Assembly (NCBI GenBank): GCA_963787125.1
Contig: CAWBBV010000006.1
Location: 32,001 to 96,000, forward strand
Origin: an uncultured delta proteobacterium
GTDB taxonomy: Bacteria > Desulfobacterota > Desulfuromonadia > Geobacterales > DSM-12255
Reading direction: 5' to 3'
DNA length: 64,000 nucleotides
The position numbers were made by a program, and so were the translations under genes. Positions 53,298 through 63,566 of this stretch are shown here, piece by piece (position 1 is the first letter of the stretch; every line of letters begins with the position of its first letter). The notes under the pieces are model-generated. The model made no database searches. It was given only the letters and a program-made list of their open reading frames with translations, and had not been told where the DNA came from.

Positions 53298-53321
53298 AAA
53301 AGCTCCTTTTGTCCTGACGCG

Positions 53322-53927
53322 TTATGGTTTATTCGCCTGTTCAACCTTCTCAACCGAGAGCGCCAAAGCCTGAGTATAGGTAATGTCGATTTGGTCACCA
53401 ACCTTTACCAGTCCACTTTTCAGTTTATTGAGACTGGAAAGATTTCTGACAGCAACATCCTCGACATTCCCGTCCGGCCCTTTCAGACTGACAGTTCTGA
53501 AATCTTTGGCAATTGCCATTATGGTAGCAGTAGTTGTAACCTGACGATGGCTTTGACCGGCAGGTTTGATCTTTTCCGGGTCAGGGGTCAGCGACGCCTC
53601 AACCGTAACTCCGGGCTTGATCTTCGTTTTTCTGAGTTTGACGGTTACCGCCTCACTATAGGTCATATTGACTACATCGCCCGGCTGAATTTTATCAAAC
53701 CGCTTGACCCGCTCATCAATCACGAAAGTTTTAAGGGCGCCGTTGGGCATGGCAAGAGTGAGTTTACGCTTCTCAAGATCGATATTCCGCACTACTGCAG
53801 TCCCTTCCACTTTTGTCTCCGCTACGATAGTCCCCTTTCTCTTGCTGCTGTCAGCATCGGCAGCGTAAAGTGAGACGGCAGCTACCATGATCGCTACCAC
53901 GAATATTCCCGATAATATCCTTTTCAT
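53322..53927 (-). CDS. Secreted hypothetical protein (paralog of 27123..27743)
   Basis: Signal peptide; repeated unit ending I/V..GD.V/I..TY. Confidence 0.8.
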   Translation of the reverse strand: MKRILSGIFVVAIMVAAVSLYAADADSSKRKGTIVAETKVEGTAVVRNIDLEKRKLTLAMPNGALKTFVIDERVKRFDKIQPGDVVNMTYSEAVTVKLRKTKIKPGVTVEASLTPDPEKIKPAGQSHRQVTTTATIMAIAKDFRTVSLKGPDGNVEDVAVRNLSSLNKLKSGLVKVGDQIDITYTQALALSVEKVEQANKP

Positions 53928-54043
53928 AAATACCCCCGAATGTTGTATAACAGCATCATTTCATCAATTAACGGCAGCGCCGGTTTTCTTAAAAAAGATA
54001 TATCAGTAATTTCTTACACATTCAACAAGTGGGGGTATAAAAA

Positions 54044-56398
54044 ATGCGTTTACCACTCATAACATCAATTTTATTGACCATTTTAATTTCAGCCTGTGCC
54101 ACTAAACCGTTGCCTCCCGTTGCCATAAAAATTCCGACCCGGCAGATTGCTTATCTTCAGGAGGTTAAACCACTGCTTGAGAAACGCTGCACGGTTTGCC
54201 ACTCATGTTATAACTCACCCTGCCAGCTCAAACTCGACTCATTTGAAGGGATAGACCGGGGAGCGACCAAAAGGGCAATTTACAATTCATCACGACTTCA
54301 GTCGATGGAGCCGACCCGGCTCTTTACCGATGCCCAGACCACCGAGGAGTGGCGTAAAAAGCAGTTTTTCAGCGTTACTGCCAGCACGGCACCTGAAGGC
54401 TTTAACGATTCACTGATGATCCAGCTCCTTGCCCACAAGATCAAAAACCCGAAAAGCACGGGCGGCTACAGACCGGACGCCGATGACCTGACCTGCGCCG
54501 AAACCAAGAGCGAACTGGCGGAGTACCTGGAAAAACATCCGAACAATGGCATGCCGTACGGCTTCCCGCCCCTCAAACAGGATGAATTCGACCTGGTATC
54601 CGGCTGGCTCTACCAGGGAGCCAAAGGGCCCTCCCCTGCCGAGCAGCTGGCGCTGGAAACACCGAAAGCAGCAGATGCCAACGCAGTTATCAAGTGGGAG
54701 GCTTTTTTCAATCAACAGGACCCGAAACATGCCATGACCGCCCGCTACATCTACGAACACCTCTTTCTCGCGCATATAAAATTCGGCACAACCACCAATG
54801 AATTCTACGAGATCGTCCGCTCGAAAACACCACCGGGAAAGACGCTGGAACTTATTCCTACTGTCCGCCCATACGACGATCCCGGGGTAGCGCCGGTGTA
54901 CTACCGGTTTCGCAAGGTTCATTCGACCATCGTCCAAAAGACGCATATGGTCTATGACATGAATGATGCCAGAATGCAGCGCTACGAAGAGCTGTTCATC
55001 AAGCCGGAATGGTTGCAACCACCGCATCTTATCAGTTACGATCCGAAGCTGAGCGCCAATCCGTTCAAGGCATTCGAGCAGATTCCGGCCCGCTCCCGCT
55101 ACCAGTTCATGCTCGACAGTTCCGAGTACACCATCATGACGTTCATTCACGGACCGGTCTGCAAGGGTCAAATCGCCCTCAATGTTATTGACGATCAATT
55201 CTGGATTATGTTCATCGACCCTGATCACGACCTGGCAGTGAAATTCCCCGGATTACTGAAACTGCAGAGTGACCGACTGGCCATGCCGACTGAACGCGGC
55301 AGTGATCTGCGACTCTTCTCGGCGCTCACCGACGAGCATAAGAAATTGGCCATCGCATATTACAACTCCCGGCAGGACCAGTACCAGGCGCTCAACTACT
55401 CCGGTCTGGGCTATGATGCCATCTGGAAGGGGAACAACCCTGCTGATGCGCCGCTACTGACCATCTACCGCCATTTTGACAGCGCCTCCGTCCATAAAGG
55501 GGCGCTCGGCAACTTGCCGAAAACGCTCTGGGTAATTGACTACCCGCTACTGGAGCGGCTTTACTATGCACTGGTCGCCGGCTTCGACATTTACGGCAGT
55601 GCCGGTCACCAGTTGACAGCACGCCTCTACATGGACAGATTGAGGATTGAAGGTGAGAGTTACTTCCTCGATTTCATGCCGCCGGATAAGCGACAGGAAA
55701 TAATGCAGTCGTGGTATCTGAAGACTGACATGAGCAAGATTAATTTTAACCCTTCGGAGATGCCTGCCGGGATCAAATTCACCACCACCGACCCCAAACG
55801 GGAATTTGTCGAAAACCTGATAGAAACTCATTTGCTGAAAGCTACGGGCATAAAGCTGGATTCCTACAACTACCTGAAGGCCGGAGAAACCTACCCGCCC
55901 TTGCCGACCAGGTATGAAACCAACAAGGATTACCTCAACGGCTTCAGGGCGGTGTCTCGCCCCGGCACCCCCTTTGTGGCGCTGGTGAACGGCACTAACT
56001 CCAACCTGGCCTATCTGCGGGTACGGGCCAAAGATGGCAAGGACTTCGTAATAACCTCGGTGGTAAACCGCTGGCACGACAATGTGGCATTCCTGCTGGG
56101 AGAGGAGGATCGGTGGAATCCGGCCAAGGACAACGTGGAATTCGTCAAAGGGATGATCGGCTCATATCCGAATTTTTTCTTTGATATTAACCAGGATGAT
56201 CTTCCCGACTTTTTCGATCTGTTTGCTCATTATGACGGAAGTCCGCAACATCTCAAACGGCTCTCCAAGTATGGCATTAACCGCTCTGATGACCGTTTCT
56301 GGGAAACTTATGACTGGTTTCAGAAAAGATTCATGGAAGATGAACCTGTCCGGGGCGGGCTTCTCGACCTGAACAGGTACTATTATTTTGCCGAATAG
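54044..56398 (+). CDS. cti: Fatty acid cis/trans isomerase
   Basis: Lipobox ISAC; RCTVCHSCYNSPCQLKL heme motif, PTRLF, YEHLFLAH, GPVCKGQIAL, RHFDSASV, GSYPN. Confidence 0.93.
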   Translation: MRLPLITSILLTILISACATKPLPPVAIKIPTRQIAYLQEVKPLLEKRCTVCHSCYNSPCQLKLDSFEGIDRGATKRAIYNSSRLQSMEPTRLFTDAQTTEEWRKKQFFSVTASTAPEGFNDSLMIQLLAHKIKNPKSTGGYRPDADDLTCAETKSELAEYLEKHPNNGMPYGFPPLKQDEFDLVSGWLYQGAKGPSPAEQLALETPKAADANAVIKWEAFFNQQDPKHAMTARYIYEHLFLAHIKFGTTTNEFYEIVRSKTPPGKTLELIPTVRPYDDPGVAPVYYRFRKVHSTIVQKTHMVYDMNDARMQRYEELFIKPEWLQPPHLISYDPKLSANPFKAFEQIPARSRYQFMLDSSEYTIMTFIHGPVCKGQIALNVIDDQFWIMFIDPDHDLAVKFPGLLKLQSDRLAMPTERGSDLRLFSALTDEHKKLAIAYYNSRQDQYQALNYSGLGYDAIWKGNNPADAPLLTIYRHFDSASVHKGALGNLPKTLWVIDYPLLERLYYALVAGFDIYGSAGHQLTARLYMDRLRIEGESYFLDFMPPDKRQEIMQSWYLKTDMSKINFNPSEMPAGIKFTTTDPKREFVENLIETHLLKATGIKLDSYNYLKAGETYPPLPTRYETNKDYLNGFRAVSRPGTPFVALVNGTNSNLAYLRVRAKDGKDFVITSVVNRWHDNVAFLLGEEDRWNPAKDNVEFVKGMIGSYPNFFFDINQDDLPDFFDLFAHYDGSPQHLKRLSKYGINRSDDRFWETYDWFQKRFMEDEPVRGGLLDLNRYYYFAE

Positions 56399-56685
56399 CA
56401 TTGTCAGGTTTGGTAATGTCCGGAGAAATAGGTGCCTCGTTGGCAGGCTTGCGACTGCGGCTATTAAAACTAAACCGCTCCGGCATGACAGCTCGAATGT
56501 TTTGTCCTCGTTCTTGAGGACAAAACATTCGCCGCTATTTTTCAGGTATGATCCATAGGTGTTGATAACGGGAGTTGCACGGTTACCTCTCAAGATTTGT
56601 TCAGTCATGGGGTGGCTTGCCAGCTATTTGCCTTTCTACAATCGCCAGTTTCTGATATAGTTCTGCAACGTTATGGGAGGACGCA

Positions 56686-56937
56686 ATGAGAAGCGGATCA
56701 ATATCTGTTAAGCTGCCGGAACCGGTTAAAGTTCGTCTGGATTATCTTGCCAGAGCTACCCATAGAAGCCGCTCATCCCTGATTACAACCGCAGTTGAAG
56801 AGCTGCTCTCCGTTGAAGAGTGGCAGCTCAAAGGGATCAGGGAAGCTCTGGCGGAAGCGGACTCAGGCAATCTGATCGCCCACGAAGATATCAAGCTTGA
56901 ATGGGAGACACGTCGTGCAGGTCAAGTGGACAAATAA
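56686..56937 (+). CDS. CopG/RHH-family antitoxin
   Basis: ISVKL...RLDYLA....RSRS...EEWQL..I.E.L.EAD.G....HE. Confidence 0.85.
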   Translation: MRSGSISVKLPEPVKVRLDYLARATHRSRSSLITTAVEELLSVEEWQLKGIREALAEADSGNLIAHEDIKLEWETRRAGQVDK

Positions 56938-57199
56938 AGCGCGGCGCGACCTCGCCAGCGTTGAAAAGTACATTGCCCAAGACAATCCAATCGCCGCCAT
57001 AGAAACAGTCTTCAAGATCATCGCCGCTGCCGAGACTCTCGTTAATTTTGCCGATACTGGCCGACCCGGCAGAATTCCTGCCACACGCGAACTGGTCATT
57101 ACCGGTCTCCCCTATATCGTTCCCTATCGAGTCAGTAATTGCACTGTCGTTATTCTTCGCATCTATCACACCTCCCGTAAATGGCCGGAACAACTCTGA
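56915..57199 (+). CDS. RelE/ParE family toxin
   Basis: GTG start overlapping antitoxin; WT..ARRDL....YIAQDNP.AA, GRPGRI..TREL, YIVPYRV, ILRIYH. Confidence 0.9.
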   Translation: MQVKWTNKARRDLASVEKYIAQDNPIAAIETVFKIIAAAETLVNFADTGRPGRIPATRELVITGLPYIVPYRVSNCTVVILRIYHTSRKWPEQL

Positions 57200-57216
57200 A
57201 ATGCACCCCCTGACAA

Positions 57217-57489
57217 TTAAGCGGCACTTCCCAATAGTCCAAACTCCTTTGACACCATCTTCCCCGCGCCGACAAAGGCCGCCTTCTCGGCAACGGTCAG
57301 TGCATCGGCAATCATCAAGTCGAGCTTTTCACTGAAGGCGGCAATATCTTTTGCCTTGAACGGCTGCTTGATCGGCTTTGACTGATTAGCCTGCTTGATT
57401 ATCTCCCCACGGGTAAGACCGCTAGCCTTATATTTCTGGTAGAGGGCAATCTCAGCCGGTTCACCAGCGGTGATGATGGCAGGGTCTAT
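57217..57489 (-). pseudogene. Start-less 90-codon open frame, probable orphan 3' gene fragment
   Basis: Hand-translated IDPAIITAGEPAEIALYQKYKASGLTRGEIIKQ...FGLLGSAA*; begins 2 nt after the nuoN stop with no RBS or standard start. Confidence 0.4.
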
Positions 57490-57491
57490 AG

Positions 57492-58865
57492 CTACGGCAT
57501 AAAAATCATCGGCACAAGACCGGCAACAAGAATCAATAGGGCAACAGCAGACAGTACAAATTTTTCCGCAAAACTGACTTCCGCTTGGCTATGCTGTTCT
57601 GATTTGTGCATATACAGATTAACCACAACCTTAAGATAGTAAAATACCGAAACCGCAGCGGTCAGGATGCCGATAATCGCCAGTGCCGTCTCCCCGCCCC
57701 GGAGCGCCGCCGCAAATATCATGAATTTGCCGGTAAAGCCTGCTGTCGGTGGAACCCCTGCCAGAGCGAACATGGCCAGGGCAAGTATTGCTGCGGGAAA
57801 AGGCTGCGCCCCTCCCCCCCCTTTGTAATCCTCCAGTTGATCCGTACAGCCGTTTCGTTCGAAAATAGCCACCGCGCCGAATGCTGCCAGACTCAATAGC
57901 GCATAGACAAGAGCGTAATAAAGCGCCGCGCTGAAACCGCCGGATCTGCCAGAGAGAAGCGCCAGCCCCACATATCCCATCTGGGCAATGGAAGAGTAGG
58001 CAAGCATCCGCCGGATACTTTTCTGCAAGAGGGCCGCAAGATTTCCCAGAACCATGGAGGCGGCGGCCAGGAGCAGCAGCGGCATCCTCAGAGCAGCGGT
58101 GTCACCTGCCGCGGCCAGGAGCATGACCGCAAAAACTATGGAGGCGCTCTTTGAGCCGCCGGAAAGAAAGGCGACCACCGGCGCCGGAGCCCCTTGATAA
58201 ACATCAGGCGTCCAGAGGTGGGCCGGAACAAGGGAGAGCTTGAAGGCGGCGCCGATCAGGATAAAGCCCCAACCGCAAAGAGCGACCGGATCGCCGGAAC
58301 CGAGTTTCACCGCCGCCGCAAGCTGCAAAGAGCCTGACGAGAAATATAGTAGCGCCATACCGAAGGCAAGAAATGCCGCGGACAGCGCCCCGAGCAGAAG
58401 ATACTTGAGTCCGGCCTCGCCTGAACGGCTACTTTTCAGATCCATGGCCACCAGGATATAAAAGCCGAAGGTCATTGCCTCCAGGCCAAGGAACAGAACC
58501 AGCAGGTTGGCCGCAGAGACAAGCGCGACCATGCCGAAGGTGGCAAAAAGAACTGTTGCCGTATACTCCTCGCCCTGGATGCCGCGCCATTCGTTGTATT
58601 TTTCAGAGAGAAACAGCACCGCCACACCCAGCAGGCAGAAAATCACCGTGAACAGCCTTGCAAGCGGAGTAGCTGCGAGTCCCAGTTGCGGTGCATAAAT
58701 CGTTGGCGGTGCCTGAATACTCCAGAGAACTGCTCCAATCAGCACAGCCACAGCAATCAGTAAAGGGGTGCGTCCCGGGAATATCACCCCGAAGAGCAGC
58801 GTCAGTACGGCTCCGCACGAGATCAGCAGCAAAGGAATTGATATCCAGAGATCAGCGACTGTCAC
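57492..58865 (-). CDS. nuoN: NADH-quinone oxidoreductase subunit N
   Basis: EAGLKY, FKLSLVPAHLWTPDVYQGAP, RMLAYSSIA, LAGVPPTAGF. Confidence 0.95.
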   Translation of the reverse strand: MTVADLWISIPLLLISCGAVLTLLFGVIFPGRTPLLIAVAVLIGAVLWSIQAPPTIYAPQLGLAATPLARLFTVIFCLLGVAVLFLSEKYNEWRGIQGEEYTATVLFATFGMVALVSAANLLVLFLGLEAMTFGFYILVAMDLKSSRSGEAGLKYLLLGALSAAFLAFGMALLYFSSGSLQLAAAVKLGSGDPVALCGWGFILIGAAFKLSLVPAHLWTPDVYQGAPAPVVAFLSGGSKSASIVFAVMLLAAAGDTAALRMPLLLLAAASMVLGNLAALLQKSIRRMLAYSSIAQMGYVGLALLSGRSGGFSAALYYALVYALLSLAAFGAVAIFERNGCTDQLEDYKGGGGAQPFPAAILALAMFALAGVPPTAGFTGKFMIFAAALRGGETALAIIGILTAAVSVFYYLKVVVNLYMHKSEQHSQAEVSFAEKFVLSAVALLILVAGLVPMIFMP

Positions 58866-60346
58866 GGCAGACCTCCGCTCAAAACGGCAACGGGCAGTTT
58901 GATAAGATCAAGAAAAGGCGCCGGATGGATTCCCAGAGTAATGACGGCTACCGCCATAGCCGCCATCAGCAGGCTCTCACGGGGAGTAAGATCAAGGCTG
59001 ACCTTGATGGCCCGCTCTTCCTGAAACAGCAGCTTCTGCACCAAGAGCACCGTATAGACCAGCGACAGCACCACCCCGGCAAAAGCGGCAATCGCTGCCA
59101 GCGGCTGGGCCCTGAAACTCCCGACCAGCACCAGAAACTCCCCGACAAAATTATTGAGCCCGGGCAGACCGGCTGACGCCATGGCAAAGAGCAGAAAAAA
59201 GGCTGAAAAGCGGGGAATCTTTCCCCAGAGACCGCCGAAAGCCGCCAACTCACGGGTCTTCGCCCGTTCGTCAAGCATGCCGACCATGGCAAAGAGAGCC
59301 GACGTAGTCACGCCGTGATTCACCATCTGGATAACCGCCCCGGAGAGCGCCACCGGGTTCCAGGCAGCGATACCAAGAGCCACAAACCCCATGTGGCCGA
59401 TGCTGGAATAGGCGATCATCCGTTTCATATCTTCTTGAGCAAAGGCTATCCAGGCGGCGTAGACAATGCCGATAACCGCCAGGGTCATCACCAGCGGCGT
59501 CATGGCTCTGGCCGCTTCCGGAAAGAGCGGGTAGCCAAAACGGATCAGACCGTAGGCGCCGGTTTTCAGGAGCAGACCGGCCAGAATGACGCTCCCGGCA
59601 GTCGGCGCATCCGTATGGGCATCAGGGAGCCAGGTATGAAGCGGCACGACAGGAAATTTAAGTGCAAAGGCAAACAGAAAGGCGCCGTAGAGCCATAATC
59701 CGGTTACAGGTGAAAGCGGAGTCTTGAGCAGCTCGAAAAGGGCAAAGGTGTAGACGCCGCTCTGCTGGCCGTGGAGCAGGTAGATGCCGATAATGGCAAG
59801 CAGCATTAAGAGCGAACCAGCAAGGGTGTAGAGGAAGAATTTGACCGCTGAATAGATGTTTCTGCCATGCCCCCAGATGCCGATGAGAAAGAACATCGGG
59901 ATCAGCATCACCTCCCAGAACAGGTAAAAAAGAAAGAGATCCAGGGAGAGGAAAACACCGGTGATGCCGCACTGCATCAGGAGAATCAGGCTGTAGTGAA
60001 GGGGAGCTTTTGTTGTTATCGAGCGCCAGGAGGTGATGATCGCTACGAGGGTGACAAAGGCGGTCAATAGGACTAGTAGCAGCGAAATGCCGTCCATGCC
60101 GAGGATGTAGCGAATACCGAAAGCCGGAATCCAGGGAAGATCAGTATAGAAGAAAAATCCTGACGGTGCGCCGCTCTGCACGAGTTTAGCGGCGGACCAG
60201 CAGCAACAGACGCAGAGTAGTTCAAGGGCCGCCACCCCCAGAGCAAGAGATCTGGCAAGCGCGGGTCTGTTTTGCAGGCAGAGAAGCGCCAGGGCGCCTG
60301 CCAGGGGGAGGAAGAGAACAGTTGTCAGGATTACGCTGTCATTCAT
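58862..60346 (-). CDS. nuoM: NADH-quinone oxidoreductase subunit M
   Basis: FYLFWE.MLIPM, PLHTWLPDAH, LLKTG.YG, GLPGLNNFVGEF. Confidence 0.96.
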   Translation of the reverse strand: MNDSVILTTVLFLPLAGALALLCLQNRPALARSLALGVAALELLCVCCCWSAAKLVQSGAPSGFFFYTDLPWIPAFGIRYILGMDGISLLLVLLTAFVTLVAIITSWRSITTKAPLHYSLILLMQCGITGVFLSLDLFLFYLFWEVMLIPMFFLIGIWGHGRNIYSAVKFFLYTLAGSLLMLLAIIGIYLLHGQQSGVYTFALFELLKTPLSPVTGLWLYGAFLFAFALKFPVVPLHTWLPDAHTDAPTAGSVILAGLLLKTGAYGLIRFGYPLFPEAARAMTPLVMTLAVIGIVYAAWIAFAQEDMKRMIAYSSIGHMGFVALGIAAWNPVALSGAVIQMVNHGVTTSALFAMVGMLDERAKTRELAAFGGLWGKIPRFSAFFLLFAMASAGLPGLNNFVGEFLVLVGSFRAQPLAAIAAFAGVVLSLVYTVLLVQKLLFQEERAIKVSLDLTPRESLLMAAMAVAVITLGIHPAPFLDLIKLPVAVLSGGLP

Positions 60347-60353
60347 AGGTTAC

Positions 60354-62231
60354 TCACTGTCCCATAGCCGTAAATACCAGCCAGCCAACCACAACCGCCA
60401 AACCGGCGGCAAAGCTGAGCAGATAGCTTGAAACCCTGCCGCTGTTCCAGGCGGACAGGACTTTACCACTCCTGCCGAGCAGCGTCGCAAAGCGGTCAAG
60501 GGAGTCATCAATAAGCCCTTCATCAACCCGTTCCCAGAGCAGCCGGGAGAGCTTGACAAAGGGGGTTACGAAGAGCCGCCGGTAGAGCGCGTCAAAGTAC
60601 CAGCCATGCAGCAGAAAGAGCGTCAACCTGGACGGATCGCGCTCAGACTCAAGCGCTCTCAGCCCCCGTTTAGCTGGGTTGTACCTGAGATACGCTGCAC
60701 CTATGCCGGCAAGGGAGATCAGAGCGGCAGATAACGACAGGAGCAGTTCTTCAAGGTGCGTGAGGTGATGACTCTGATGCTGCAGGAGCGGGGCGAGAAA
60801 ACTGTCCAGAATCCCGCTGCCGATCAGCGGCGGCAGATTAAGGAGCACGCCGCCAAGGCCGAGGATTGCCAGCGGGAGCAGCATTCGCTCCATGGTAACC
60901 GGGACTTTATGGGGATTTACCCCGTCACCTTCAAAAACCAGCAGCACCATGCGGAAGGTGTAAAAGGCCGTCAACAGGGCCGAGAGAAGCCCGACTAGAT
61001 AAAGCGAAGTGTAGAGCATTCCGCCCTGACTCCAGAGGGCCGTCAGGATACTCTCCTTGCTGAAAAAGCCGCCGGTAAAGGGGAAGCCGGCCAGACAGAG
61101 CGCCCCGGCGAGGAATGGCCAGTAAGTGCCGGGAGCCATCCGTCTCAAGCCCCCCATCCTGAAGACGTTCTGTTCATGGCCCATGGCAGTTATCACGCAG
61201 CCGGCGCCGAGAAAGAGGAGCGCCTTGAAAAAGGCGTGAACAATCAGATGAAAGGTGGCCGCATTGATCGCCCCGACCCCGGCCCCCATGACCATGAAGC
61301 CGATCTGGCTAATGGTGGAATAGGCGAGAATCCGCTTCAGATCCCGCTGCGCTGTAGCGCAGGTTGCCCCGTAAAAGGCTGTCGCCCCCCCGGTAATGGC
61401 TATGGCTGCCAGAGCGACCCCTGACAGGCTGATGAACGGAAAGAGCCGCATCAGCAGGTAGACACCGGCGGTCACCATGGTCGCCGCATGAATCTGGGCA
61501 GAGACCGGTGTCGGCCCGGCCATGGCATCGGGGAGCCAGACCATGAGCGGCAGCTGAGCGGACTTGCCGCTTGCACCAATAAGGAGCAACAGGCCAATGG
61601 CGGTAACTACGCCAACCGGCAGGAGATTCCCGAGCAGATTTATTTCTGTGATGGAAACTGTGCTGAAAAGCTGAAACAGCCAGAGAATGGCGATACCGAG
61701 AGCCACATCCCCTACCCTGGTGACGATGAAAGCTTTTCTCCCGGCAGTGGCGTTCTGCTCTTCTTTGTACCAGAAACCGATGAGCGCATATGAGCAGAAA
61801 CCGACCCCTTCCCAGCCGAGATAAAGCAGCGGCAGATTCTCGGCCAGAATAAGGAGGAGCATGGCCGCGACAAAAAGGTTAAGCAAGGCAAAGAAGCGGA
61901 TGAAATCCGGCTCCCCAGCCATATAGGCAACCGAGTAGATATGAATCAGGCCGCAGACAAAGGTGATCATCAGGCAGAGGGACAAAGAAAGTGAGTCAAG
62001 GTAGAGGGTTATTGGGGCGGAAAAGTCGAATACAGAGAGCCAGCCGCAAAGAATGACCTTCAACGGAGTCGTGTAGCAGCTCAAAGCTGTGGCAGCGGCA
62101 GCGAAGCTTCCCCAGATGACCGAACAGGCAATTGCTTCACTAAAGCGGCGCGGCAGGTAACAGCCGAACAGCATGTTCAGCAGCGCCCCGAGTAGCGGTA
62201 GGAGGATTATCAGTTCGAGGGCGGTTTTCAT
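60354..62231 (-). CDS. nuoL: NADH-quinone oxidoreductase subunit L
   Basis: GWEGVG, GKSAQLPL..WLPDAMAGPTPVSA.IHAATMVTAG, HAFFKALLFL. Confidence 0.96.
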   Translation of the reverse strand: MKTALELIILLPLLGALLNMLFGCYLPRRFSEAIACSVIWGSFAAAATALSCYTTPLKVILCGWLSVFDFSAPITLYLDSLSLSLCLMITFVCGLIHIYSVAYMAGEPDFIRFFALLNLFVAAMLLLILAENLPLLYLGWEGVGFCSYALIGFWYKEEQNATAGRKAFIVTRVGDVALGIAILWLFQLFSTVSITEINLLGNLLPVGVVTAIGLLLLIGASGKSAQLPLMVWLPDAMAGPTPVSAQIHAATMVTAGVYLLMRLFPFISLSGVALAAIAITGGATAFYGATCATAQRDLKRILAYSTISQIGFMVMGAGVGAINAATFHLIVHAFFKALLFLGAGCVITAMGHEQNVFRMGGLRRMAPGTYWPFLAGALCLAGFPFTGGFFSKESILTALWSQGGMLYTSLYLVGLLSALLTAFYTFRMVLLVFEGDGVNPHKVPVTMERMLLPLAILGLGGVLLNLPPLIGSGILDSFLAPLLQHQSHHLTHLEELLLSLSAALISLAGIGAAYLRYNPAKRGLRALESERDPSRLTLFLLHGWYFDALYRRLFVTPFVKLSRLLWERVDEGLIDDSLDRFATLLGRSGKVLSAWNSGRVSSYLLSFAAGLAVVVGWLVFTAMGQ

Positions 62232-62536
62232 TCTTCTCGCAGCTCCCTGAAAGCGTCTACATCAACCCCTTTGCGCCGCCGTTGCAGGTAGACAACCATT
62301 GCCAGCGCCAGCGAAACCTCGGCAGAGGTCATGGCAATGATCATCAGGGCGAAAATCTGGCCATCCGGCGCCCCCCAGCGGTACGAGCCACCGACAAAGA
62401 CCAGCATGGCCGCATTGAGCATGATCTCGATCCCCACCAACAACATGATGACGTTGCTGCGCCAGACAAGAGTGCAGATAAGCCCGAGGGTGAAGATGAT
62501 GGCAGCCAGGATCAAGATGGAGGCTAACGGGATCAT
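62228..62536 (-). CDS. nuoK: NADH-quinone oxidoreductase subunit K
   Basis: IEIMLNA, GQIFAL, AEVSLALA. Confidence 0.95.
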   Translation of the reverse strand: MIPLASILILAAIIFTLGLICTLVWRSNVIMLLVGIEIMLNAAMLVFVGGSYRWGAPDGQIFALMIIAMTSAEVSLALAMVVYLQRRRKGVDVDAFRELREE

Positions 62537-63030
62537 TGCAACCCCCTCTTTCTGCCCAGATAAAGCGCGCCGACAACCGCAAACAGCAGCTGCATGGAGA
62601 TTATCTCCACCGCTACCCCGTATCTGCCGAACAGTGCTACGGCAAACTCCCTGGCCCCGATCTCTACTCCAACCCCGCCATGAAGAGAGCGGAGCGTTGC
62701 CGCTGAAACAACTGCAAAGAGAACGACTGCCGTCAGGAGCAGCGGCAGAACCCAGATCATGACGGCAGGCCGCTTAGCCTCATCAGGATGGCCGAGATCA
62801 AGCATCATGATAACAAACATGAACAGCACCATAACCGCACCGGCATAGATGATCACCTCGAACATTGCCACCAGCGGCGCTGCCAGCAGGTAGAAGATCC
62901 CGGCCAGAGCAAAGAAGGAGGTGACGAGATAGACAATGGCATGAACCGGATGTCTTTCGGTGATCGCCAGAAAAGTGGCCAAGATCATGACTGCTGCGAG
63001 TATGTAGAAAATTATCGTTATTGGATTCAC
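62533..63030 (-). CDS. nuoJ: NADH-quinone oxidoreductase subunit J
   Basis: HPVHA, IIYAGAVMVLFMFVIMML. Confidence 0.95.
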   Translation of the reverse strand: MNPITIIFYILAAVMILATFLAITERHPVHAIVYLVTSFFALAGIFYLLAAPLVAMFEVIIYAGAVMVLFMFVIMMLDLGHPDEAKRPAVMIWVLPLLLTAVVLFAVVSAATLRSLHGGVGVEIGAREFAVALFGRYGVAVEIISMQLLFAVVGALYLGRKRGLQ

Positions 63031-63557
63031 GGCAGCAGCCCCCGCACATCCACGGGCGGCTTCTCTTCTGCCCCCTCACCCCGCGACTGCCCGACACCGA
63101 TCCCGGCATGCCGGTAAAAGTTATAACTGTCATCCTTGCCGCAGTGATCCACCAGCAGATCCTCCTTTTCATAAAGAAGATCCATGATATCCCGTTTGCA
63201 GATTTCATAATCGGGAGTCATCTGGATCGCCATGGTGGGACAGGCCTCGGCACAGAGCCCGCAGAAAATGCAGCGGGAAAAGTTGATCCTGAACCAGACC
63301 GCATAGCGGCGACCATGCTCACGCTCGCCGGCCTGCATGGAGATGCAGTCTACCGGACAGGCAGCCGAACAGAGATAACAGGCCACGCACCTCTCCTCCC
63401 CTTCAGGATCACGGGTAAGGATGATCCTTGCCCGGTAGCGTGGGGATGGCTGGCGTTTCTCCTCAGGATACTGGATCGTCACCGGCCTGCGCAGGATATG
63501 CTTCCAGGTTGTCCAGAGCCCGAGCAGAATCGCTTTTATGTCATCAATAACTTTCAT
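63027..63557 (-). CDS. nuoI: NADH-quinone oxidoreductase subunit I
   Basis: TIQYPEE, two CxxCxxCxxxCP motifs. Confidence 0.96.
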   Translation of the reverse strand: MKVIDDIKAILLGLWTTWKHILRRPVTIQYPEEKRQPSPRYRARIILTRDPEGEERCVACYLCSAACPVDCISMQAGEREHGRRYAVWFRINFSRCIFCGLCAEACPTMAIQMTPDYEICKRDIMDLLYEKEDLLVDHCGKDDSYNFYRHAGIGVGQSRGEGAEEKPPVDVRGLLP

Positions 63558-63566
63558 CAGTATAAA

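Noticed and set aside
56162..56608. 148-aa minus-strand ORF
   Set aside because: Overlaps the cti 3' end antisense, crosses a palindrome, no recognisable motif.
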